From: Eledone cirrhosa
Lineage: Eukaryota
Reading direction: 5' to 3'
Assembly (NCBI GenBank): GCA_964016885.1
Contig: OZ024743.1
Coordinates: 50,716,001 to 50,780,000 of the forward strand
Length of the DNA: 64,000 nt
The first letter of the stretch is position 1, and each line of letters starts with the position of its first letter. Positions 54,030 through 64,000 of this stretch are shown here, piece by piece. The translations under genes and the position numbers were made by a program. The notes under the pieces were generated by a model. That model made no database searches. It saw nothing but the letters and a program-made list of their open reading frames with translations, and was not told the origin of the DNA.

Positions 54030-56560
54030 TTTCTAACCCTAAATACTTATTTCACCAAAGTTCTTGGTTCTAACTCTAAAGAGTTATTACACCAAAGTTC
54101 TTTGTTCTATCTCTAAATAGTTACTTCACCAAAGTTCTTGGTTCTGCCTCTAAATAGTTACTTCACCAAAGTTCTTGTTTCTAACTCTAAATAATTAATA
54201 CTCCAAAGTTCTTTGTTCTAACTCTAAATATTTACTACTCCAAAATTCTTGGTTCTAGCTCTAAATAGTTACTACTCCATAGTACTTGGTTCTAACTCTA
54301 AATAGTTACTACTCCAAAGTTCTTGGTTCTAACTCTAAATAGTTATTACACCAAAGTTCTTTGTTCTATCTCTAAATAGTTACTTCACCAAAGTTCTTGG
54401 TTCTAACTCTATAGAGTTACTACTCCAAACTTTTCATTCTAACTCTAAATAGTTACTATCCAAAGTTCTTAGTTCCAACTCTAAATAGTTACTTCACCAA
54501 ACTTCTTGGTTCTAACTGTAATTAGTTACTTCCCCAAAGTTCTTGATTCTAACTCTAAATAGTTACTTCACCATAGTTCTTGCTTCTAATGCTAATTAGT
54601 TATATAACCAAAGTGTTTGGTTCTAACTCTAAAGTGTTACTACTCCAAAGTTCTTGGTTCTAACTGTAAATAGTTACTTCACCATAGTTCTTGGTTCTAA
54701 CTCTAATAGTTACTTCACCATAGTTCTTGGTTCTAACGCTAAGTAGTTACTTAACCAAAGTTCTTGGCTCTAACTCTATAGAGTTACTACTCCGAAGTTC
54801 TTGGTTCTAACTCTAAATAGTTACTTCACCAAAGTTGTTGACTCTTACTCGAAATAGTTATTACACCAAAGTTCTTGGTTCTAACTCTAAATAGTTACTT
54901 CACCAAAGTTCTTGTTTCTAACCCTAAATACTTATTTCACCAAAGTTCTTGGTTTAAACTCTAAATAGTTATTACACCAAAGTTCTTTGTTCTATCTCTA
55001 AATAGTTACTTCACCAAAGTTCTTGGTTCTGCCTCTAAATAGTTACTTCACCAAAGTTCTTGTTTCTAACTTTAAATAATTAATACTCGAAAGTTCTTTG
55101 TTCTAACTCTAAATATTTACTACTCCAAAATTCTTGGTTCTAGCTCTAAATAGTTACTACTCAATAGTACTTGGTTCTAACTCTAAATAGTTACTACTCC
55201 AAAGTTCTTGGTTCTAACTCTAAATAGTTATTACACCAAAGTTCTTTGTTCTATCTCTAAATAGTTAATTCACCAGAGTTCTTGGATCTAACTCTATAGA
55301 GTTACTACTCCAAACTTTTTATTCTAACTCTAAATAGTTACAATCCAAAGTTCTTAGTTCCAACTCTAAATAGTTACTTCACCAAACTTCTTGGTTCTAA
55401 CTGTAATTAGTTACTTCCCCAAAGTTCTTGATTCTAACTCTAAATAGTTACTTCACCATAGTTCTTGCTTCTAATGCTAATTAGTTACTTAACCAAAGTG
55501 TTTGGTTCTAACTCTAAAGTGTTACTACTCCAAAGTTCTTGGTTCTAACTCTAAATAGTTACTTCACCATAGTTCTTGGTTCTAACGCTAAATAGTTACT
55601 ACTCCAAAGTTCTTGGTTCTAACTCTAAATAGTTACTTCACCAAAGTTCTTGACTCTTACACTAAATAGTTATTACACCAAAGTTCTTTCTTCTATCTCT
55701 AAATAGTTACTTCACCAAAGTTCTTGTTTCTAACTCTAAATAGTTAATACACCAAAGTTCTTGGTTCTAACTCTAAATAGTTACTTCCCCAAAGTTCTTG
55801 GTTCTAACTCTAATAGTTACTTCACCATAGTTCTTGGTTCTAACGCTAAGTAGTTACTTAACCAAAGTTCTTGGCTCTAACTCTATAGAGTTACTACTCC
55901 AAAGTTCTTGGTTCTAACTCTAAATAGTTACTTCACCAAAGTTCTTGACTCTTACTCTAAATAGTTATTACACCAAAGTTCTTGGTTCTAACTCTAAATA
56001 GTTACTTCACCAAAGTTCTTGTTTCTAACCCTAAATACTTATTTCACCAAAGTTCTTGGTTCTAACTCTGAATAGTTACTACTCCAAAACTCTTTGTTCT
56101 AACTCTAAATAGTTACTACTCCAAAGTTCTTTGTTCTATCTATAAATAGTTACTTCACAAAAGTTCTTGGTTCTAACCCTATAGAGTTACTACTCCAAAC
56201 TTTTTATTCTAACTCTAAATAGTTACTATCCAAAGTTCTTAGTTCCAACTCTAAATAGTTACTTCACCAAACTTCTTGGTTCTAACTGTAATTAGTTACT
56301 TCCCCAAAGTTCTTGATTCTAACACTAAATAGTTACTTCACCATAGTTCTTGCTTCTAATGCTAATTAGTTACTTAACCAAAGTGTTTGGTTCTAACTCT
56401 AAAGTGTTACTATTCCAAAGTTCTTGGTTCTAACTGTAAATAGTTACTTCACCATAGTTCTTGGTTCTAACTCTAAATAGTTACTTCACCATAGTTCTTG
56501 ACTCTTACACTAAATAGTTATTACACCAAAGTTCTTTCTTCTATCTCTAAATAGTTACTT
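54030..56560 (+). repeat. Imperfect ~885-bp (~24-monomer) higher-order repeat, about 3 copies
   Basis: GCTAATTAGT at 54591, 55476 and 56361; AAAGTGTTAC at 54631, 55516 and 56401. Confidence 0.75.
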
Positions 56561-57539
56561 CACCAAAGTGTTTGGTTCTAACTCTAAAGTGTTACTACTC
56601 CAAAGTTCTTGGTTCTAACTGTAAATAGTTACTTCACCATAGTTCTTGGTTCTAACGCTAAATAGTTACTACTCCAAAGTTCTTAGTTCTAACTCTATAG
56701 AGTTACTACTCCAAACTTCTTGTGTCTAACTCTAAATAGTTACTACTCCAAAGTTCTTGGTTGTAACTCTAAATAGTTACTTCACCAAAGTTCTTGATTC
56801 TTACTCTAAATAGTTATTACACCAAAGTTCTTTGTTCTATCTCTAAATAGTTACTTCACCAAAGTTCTTGATTCTTACTCTAAATAGTTACTTCACCAAA
56901 GTTCTTGTTTCTAACTCTAAATAATTATTACTCCAAAGTTCTTGGTTCTAACTCTAAATAGTTACTTCCCCAAAGTTCTTGGTTCTACCTCTAATAGTTA
57001 CTTCACCGTAGTTCTTGGTTCTAACGCTAAGTAGTTACTTAACCAAAGTTCTTGGTTCTAACTCTAAATAGTTACTATCCAATGTTCTTGGTTGTAACTC
57101 TAAATAATTACTTCACCAAAGTTCTTGATTCTTACTCTAAATAGTTATTGCACCAATGTTCTTTGTTCTATCTCTAAATAGTTACTTCACCAAAGTTCTT
57201 GGTTCTAACTCTATAGAGTTACTACTCCAAACTTTTGATTCTAAACTCTAAGTAGTTACTTAACCAAAGTTCTTTGTTCTAACTCTAAATATTTACTACT
57301 CCAAAATTCTTGGTTATAACTCTAAATAGTTACTACTCCAAACGGCTTGTTTCTAACACTAAATACTTATTTCACCAAAGTTCTTGGTTCTTGACTCTAA
57401 ATAGTTACTACTCCAAAATTCTTTGTTCTAACTCTAAATAGTTACTACTCCAAAGTTCTTGGTTCTAGCTCTAAATAGTTACTTCACCATAGTTCTTGGT
57501 TCTAACGCTAAATAGTTACTACTCCAAAGTTCTTGGTTC

Positions 57540-60500
57540 TAACTCTAAATAGTTACTTCACCAAAGTTCTTGACTCTTACTCTAAATAGTTATTACACCA
57601 AAGTTCTTGGTTCTAACTCTAAATAGTTACTTCACCAAAGTTCTTGCTTCTAACTCTAAGTAGTTACTTAAACAAAGTTCTTTGTTCTAACTCTAAATAT
57701 TTACTACTCCAAAATTCTTGGTTATAACTCTAAATAGTTACTACTCCAAACGGCTTATTTGTAACCCTAAATACTGATTTCACCAAAGTTCTTGGTTCTA
57801 ACTCTAAATAGTTACTACTCCAAAGTTCTTGGTTCTAACTCTATAGAGTTACTACTCCAAACTTCTTGTGTCTAACTCTAAATAGTTACTATCCAAAGTT
57901 CTTGGTTGTAACTCTAAATAGTTACTTCACCAAAGTTCTTGATTCTTACTCTAAATAGTTACTTCACCAAAGTTCTTGTTTCTAACTCTAAATAGTTAAT
58001 ACTCCAAAGTTCTTGGTTCTAACTCTAATAGTTACTTCACCATAGTTCTTGGTTCTAACGCTAAGTAGTTACTTAACCAAAGTTCTTGGTTCTAACTCTA
58101 AATAGTTACTACTCCAAAGTTCTTGGTTCTAACTCTAAATAGTTACTACCCCAAAGTTCTTGGTTCTAACTCTATAGAGTTACTACTCCAAACTTCTTGT
58201 TTCTAACGCTAAATAGTTACTATCCAAAGTTCTTGGTTGTAACTCTAAATAGTTATTTCACCAAAGTTCTTGATTCTTACTCTAAATAGTTATTACAGCA
58301 AAGTTTTTTTTCTATCTCTAAATAGTTACTTCACCAAAGTTCTTGGTTCTAACTCTATGGAGTTACTACTCCAAACTTTTTATTCTAACTCTAAATAGTT
58401 ACTATCCAAAGTTCTTGGTTCCAACTCTAAATAGTTACTTCACCAAACTTCTTGATTCTAACTCTAAATAGTTACTTCACCATAGTTCTTGCTTCTAATG
58501 CTAATTAGTTACTTAACCAAAGTGTTTGGTTCTAACTCTAAAGTGTTACTACTCCAAAGTTCTTGGTTCTAACTGTAAATAGTTACTTCACCATAGATCT
58601 TGGTTCTAACGCTAAATAGTTACTACTCCAAAGTTCTTGGTTCTAACTCTATATAGTTACTTAACCAAAGTTCTTTGTTCTAACTCTAAATATTTACTAC
58701 TCCAAAATACTTGGTTATAACTCTAAATTGTTACTACTCCAAACGGCTTGTTTCTAACCCTAAATACTTATTTCACCAAAGTTCTTGGTTCTAACTCTAA
58801 ATAGTTACTACTCCAAAATTCTTGGTTCTAACTCTATAGAGTTACTACTCCAAACTTCTTGTGTCTAACTCTAAATAGTTACTATCCAAAGTTCTTGGTT
58901 GTAACTCTAAATAGTTACTTCACCAAAGTTCTTGATTCTAACTCTAAGTAGTTACTTAACCAAAGTTCTTTGTTCTAACTCTAAATATTTACTACTCCAA
59001 AATTCCTTGTTATAACTCTAAATAGTTACTACTCCAAACGGCTTGTTTCTAACCCTAAATACTTATTTCACCAAAGTTCTTGGTTCTAACTCTAAATAGT
59101 TATTTACCCAAGTTCTTGGTTCTAACTCAAAATAGTTACTACTCCATAGTTCTTGGTTCTAACTCTAAATAGTTACTTAACCAAAGTTCTTTGTTCTAAC
59201 TCTAAATATTTACTACTCCAAAATTCTTGGTTATAACTCTAAATAGTTACTACTCCAAACGGCTTGTTTCTAACCCTAAATACTTATTTCACCAAAGTTC
59301 TTGATTCTAACTCTAAGTAGTTACTTAACCAAAGTTCTTTGTTCTAACTCTAAATAGTTACTACTCCAAAATTCTTTGTTCTAACTCTAAATAGTTACTA
59401 CACCAAAGTTCTTGGTTCTAGCTCTAAATAGTTACTACTCCATAGTTCTTGGTTCTAACTCTAAATAGTTACTACTCCAAAATTCTTTGTTCTAACTCTA
59501 AATAGTTACTACACCAAAGTTCTTGGTTCTAGCTCTAAATAGTTACTACTCCATAGTTCTTGGTTCTAACTCTAAATAGTTACTACTCCAAAGTTCTTGG
59601 TTCTAACTCTAAATAGTTATTCACCAAAGTTCTTTGTTCTATCTCTAAATAGTTACTTCACCAAAGTTCTTGGTTCTAACTCTATACAGTTGCTACTCCA
59701 AACTTTTGATTCTAACTCTAAATAGTTACTATCCAAAGTTCTTGGTTCCAACTCTAAATAGTTACTTCCCCAAAGTTCTTGATTCTAACTCTAAATAGTT
59801 ACTTCGCCATAGTTCTTGCTTCTAATGCTAATTAGTTACTTAACCAAAGTGTTTGGTTCTAACTCTAAAGTGTTACTACTCCAAAGTTCTTGGTTCTAAC
59901 TGTAAATAGTTACTTCACCATAGTTCTTGGTTCTAACGCTAAATAGTTACTACTCCAAAGTTCTTGGTTCTAACTCTAAATAGTTACTTAACCAAAGTTC
60001 TTTGTTCTAACTCTAAATATTTACTACTCCAAAATACTTGGTTATAACTCTAAATAGTTACTACTCCAAACGGCTTGTTTCTAACCCTAAATACTTATTT
60101 CACCAAAGTTCTTGGTTCTAACTCTAAATAGTTACTATTCCAAAATTCTTGGTTCTAACTCTATAGAGTTACTACTCCAAACTTCTTGTGTCTAACTCTA
60201 AATAGTTACTATCCAAAGTTCTTGGTTGTAACTCTAAATAGTTACTTCACCAAAGTTCTTGACTCTTACTCTAAATAGTTATTACACCAAAGTTCTTGGT
60301 TCTAACTCTAAATAGTTACTTCACCAAAGTTCTTGCTTCTAACTCTAAGTAGTTACTTAAACAAAGTTCTTTGTTCTAACTCTAAATATTTACTACTCCA
60401 AAATTCTTGGTTATAACTCTAAATAGTTACTACTCCAAACGGCTTATTTGTAACCCTAAATACTGATTTCACCAAAGTTCTTGGTTCTAACTCTAAATAG

Positions 60501-63500
60501 TTACTACTCCAAAGTTCTTGGTTCTAACTCTATAGAGTTACTACTCCAAACTTCTTGTGTCTAACTCTAAATAGTTACTATCCAAAGTTCTTGGTTGTAA
60601 CTCTAAATAGTTACTTCACCAAAGTTCTTGATTCTTACTCTAAATAGTTACTTCACCAAAGTTCTTGTTTCTAACTCTAAATAGTTAATACTCCAAAGTT
60701 CTTGGTTCTAACTCTAATAGTTACTTCACCATAGTTCTTGGTTCTAACGCTAAGTAGTTACTTAACCAAAGTTCTTGGTTCTAACTCTAAATAGTTACTA
60801 CTCCAAAGTTCTTGGTTCTAACTCTAAATAGTTACTACCCCAAAGTTCTTGGTTCTAACTCTATAGAGTTACTACTCCAAACTTCTTGTTTCTAACGCTA
60901 AATAGTTACTATCCAAAGTTCTTGGTTGTAACTCTAAATAGTTACTTCACCAAAGTTCTTGATTCTTACTCTAAATAGTTATTACAGCAAAGTTTTTTTT
61001 CTATCTCTAAATAGTTACTTCACCAAAGTTCTTGGTTCTAACTCTATGGAGTTACTACTCCAAACTTTTTATTCTAACTCTAAATAGTTACTATCCAAAG
61101 TTCTTGGTTCCAACTCTAAATAGTTACTTCACCAAACTTCTTGATTCTAACTCTAAATAGTTACTTCACCATAGTTCTTGCTTCTAATGCTAATTAGTTA
61201 CTTAACCAAAGTGTTTGGTTCTAACTCTAAAGTGTTACTACTCCAAAGTTCTTGGTTCTAACTGTAAATAGTTACTTCACCATAGATCTTGGTTCTAACG
61301 CTAAATAGTTACTACTCCAAAGTTCTTGGTTCTAACTCTATATAGTTACTTAACCAAAGTTCTTTGTTCTAACTCTAAATATTTACTACTCCAAAATACT
61401 TGGTTATAACTCTAAATTGTTACTACTCCAAACGGCTTGTTTCTAACCCTAAATACTTATTTCACCAAAGTTCTTGGTTCTAACTCTAAATAGTTACTAC
61501 TCCAAAATTCTTGGTTCTAACTCTATAGAGTTACTACTCCAAACTTCTTGTGTCTAACTCTAAATAGTTACTATCCAAAGTTCTTGGTTGTAACTCTAAA
61601 TAGTTACTTCACCAAAGTTCTTGATTCTAACTCTAAGTAGTTACTTAACCAAAGTTCTTTGTTCTAACTCTAAATATTTACTACTCCAAAATTCCTTGTT
61701 ATAACTCTAAATAGTTACTACTCCAAACGGCTTGTTTCTAACCCTAAATACTTATTTCACCAAAGTTCTTGGTTCTAACTCTAAATAGTTATTTACCCAA
61801 GTTCTTGGTTCTAACTCAAAATAGTTACTACTCCATAGTTCTTGGTTCTAACTCTAAATAGTTACTTAACCAAAGTTCTTTGTTCTAACTCTAAATATTT
61901 ACTACTCCAAAATTCTTGGTTATAACTCTAAATAGTTACTACTCCAAACGGCTTGTTTCTAACCCTAAATACTTATTTCACCAAAGTTCTTGATTCTAAC
62001 TCTAAGTAGTTACTTAACCAAAGTTCTTTGTTCTAACTCTAAATAGTTACTACTCCAAAATTCTTTGTTCTAACTCTAAATAGTTACTACACCAAAGTTC
62101 TTGGTTCTAGCTCTAAATAGTTACTACTCCATAGTTCTTGGTTCTAACTCTAAATAGTTACTACTCCAAAATTCTTTGTTCTAACTCTAAATAGTTACTA
62201 CACCAAAGTTCTTGGTTCTAGCTCTAAATAGTTACTACTCCATAGTTCTTGGTTCTAACTCTAAATAGTTACTACTCCAAAGTTCTTGGTTCTAACTCTA
62301 AATAGTTATTCACCAAAGTTCTTTGTTCTATCTCTAAATAGTTACTTCACCAAAGTTCTTGGTTCTAACTCTATACAGTTGCTACTCCAAACTTTTGATT
62401 CTAACTCTAAATAGTTACTATCCAAAGTTCTTGGTTCCAACTCTAAATAGTTACTTCCCCAAAGTTCTTGATTCTAACTCTAAATAGTTACTTCGCCATA
62501 GTTCTTGCTTCTAATGCTAATTAGTTACTTAACCAAAGTGTTTGGTTCTAACTCTAAAGTGTTACTACTCCAAAGTTCTTGGTTCTAACTGTAAATAGTT
62601 ACTTCACCATAGTTCTTGGTTCTAACGCTAAATAGTTACTACTCCAAAGTTCTTGGTTCTAACTCTAAATAGTTACTTAACCAAAGTTCTTTGTTCTAAC
62701 TCTAAATATTTACTACTCCAAAATACTTGGTTATAACTCTAAATAGTTACTACTCCAAACGGCTTGTTTCTAACCCTAAATACTTATTTCACCAAAGTTC
62801 TTGGTTCTAACTCTAAATAGTTACTATTCCAAAATTCTTGGTTCTAACTCTATAGAGTTACTACTCCAAACTTCTTGTGTCTAACTCTAAATAGTTACTA
62901 TCCAAAGTTCTTGGTTGTAACTCTAAATAGTTACTTCACCAAAGTTCTTGACTCTTACTCTAAATAGTTATTACACCAAAGTTCTTGGTTCTAACTCTAA
63001 ATAGTTACTTCACCAAAGTTCTTGCTTCTAACTCTAAGTAGTTACTTAAACAAAGTTCTTTGTTCTAACTCTAAATATTTACTACTCCAAAATTCTTGGT
63101 TATAACTCTAAATAGTTACTACTCCAAACGGCTTATTTGTAACCCTAAATACTGATTTCACCAAAGTTCTTGGTTCTAACTCTAAATAGTTACTACTCCA
63201 AAGTTCTTGGTTCTAACTCTATAGAGTTACTACTCCAAACTTCTTGTGTCTAACTCTAAATAGTTACTATCCAAAGTTCTTGGTTGTAACTCTAAATAGT
63301 TACTTCACCAAAGTTCTTGATTCTTACTCTAAATAGTTACTTCACCAAAGTTCTTGTTTCTAACTCTAAATAGTTAATACTCCAAAGTTCTTGGTTCTAA
63401 CTCTAATAGTTACTTCACCATAGTTCTTGGTTCTAACGCTAAGTAGTTACTTAACCAAAGTTCTTGGTTCTAACTCTAAATAGTTACTACTCCAAAGTTC

Positions 63501-64000
63501 TTGGTTCTAACTCTAAATAGTTACTACCCCAAAGTTCTTGGTTCTAACTCTATAGAGTTACTACTCCAAACTTCTTGTTTCTAACGCTAAATAGTTACTA
63601 TCCAAAGTTCTTGGTTGTAACTCTAAATAGTTACTTCACCAAAGTTCTTGATTCTTACTCTAAATAGTTATTACACCAAAGTTTTTTTTCTATCTCTAAA
63701 TAGTTACTTCACCAAAGTTCTTGGTTCTAACTCTATGGAGTTACTACTCCAAACTTTTTATTCTAACTCTAAATAGTTACTATCCAAAGTTCTTGGTTCC
63801 AACTCTAAATAGTTACTTCACCAAACTTCTTGATTCTAACTCTAAATAGTTACTTCACCATAGTTCTTGCTTCTAATGCTAATTAGTTACTTAACCAAAG
63901 TGTTTGGTTCTAACTCTAAAGTGTTACTACTCCAAAGTTCTTGGTTCTAACTGTAAATAGTTACTTCACCATAGATCTTGGTTCTAACGCTAAATAGTTA
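57540..64000 (+). repeat. 2689-bp higher-order repeat, at least 2.4 near-identical copies
   Basis: CGGCTTATTTG at 57751, 60440 and 63129; AACTCTATGG at 58351, 61040 and 63729. Confidence 0.92.

Larger units (their letters stand above)
11215..64000 (+). repeat. 37-bp satellite DNA array, >52 kb, single orientation, continuing beyond the window
   Basis: Head-to-tail monomers GTTCTTGGTTCTAACTCTAAATAGTTACTTCACCAAA with a major variant ending ...TTACTACTCCAAA. The period was checked at, for example, CACCAAAG 20101 and 20138. There are no spacers. Confidence 0.99.

Noticed and set aside
11215-64000. CRISPR array (37-bp, partly palindromic repeat)
   Set aside because: Monomers are directly head-to-tail with no unique spacers, there are no cas genes, and the context is eukaryotic TE-rich DNA.

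Overview
Eukaryotic repeat-rich DNA with no intact host gene. The microsatellite load, the SINE and the RTE 3' end resemble cephalopod (Octopus-like) genomes, which is an inference. Bases 1-11.2 kb are a nest of decayed mobile elements separated by (TA)n/(TACA)n tracts: an RTE-clade LINE with a Cys-rich insert in its RT, a probable non-autonomous Helitron, Penelope-like remnants with minimal hammerhead ribozyme motifs, a minus-strand RTE fragment, two R4/Dong-like restriction-endonuclease retrotransposons abutting (TACA)n, a tRNA-type SINE and a Chapaev/Transib-like DNA transposon. From ~11,215 to the window end lies one unidirectional array of a 37-bp satellite (consensus GTTCTTGGTTCTAACTCTAAATAGTTACTTCACCAAA, roughly 1,300 monomers by length). 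It has internal dyad symmetry and nested higher-order duplications (periods of 110, 885, 1147, 2008, 2372, 2689 and ~6500 bp). Five copies of a ~650-720 bp hAT-type MITE (14-bp TIRs, 8-bp CTCTAAAT target duplication) sit at the same monomer position and appear to have been amplified with the satellite. All calls were made by eye, with no database searches.
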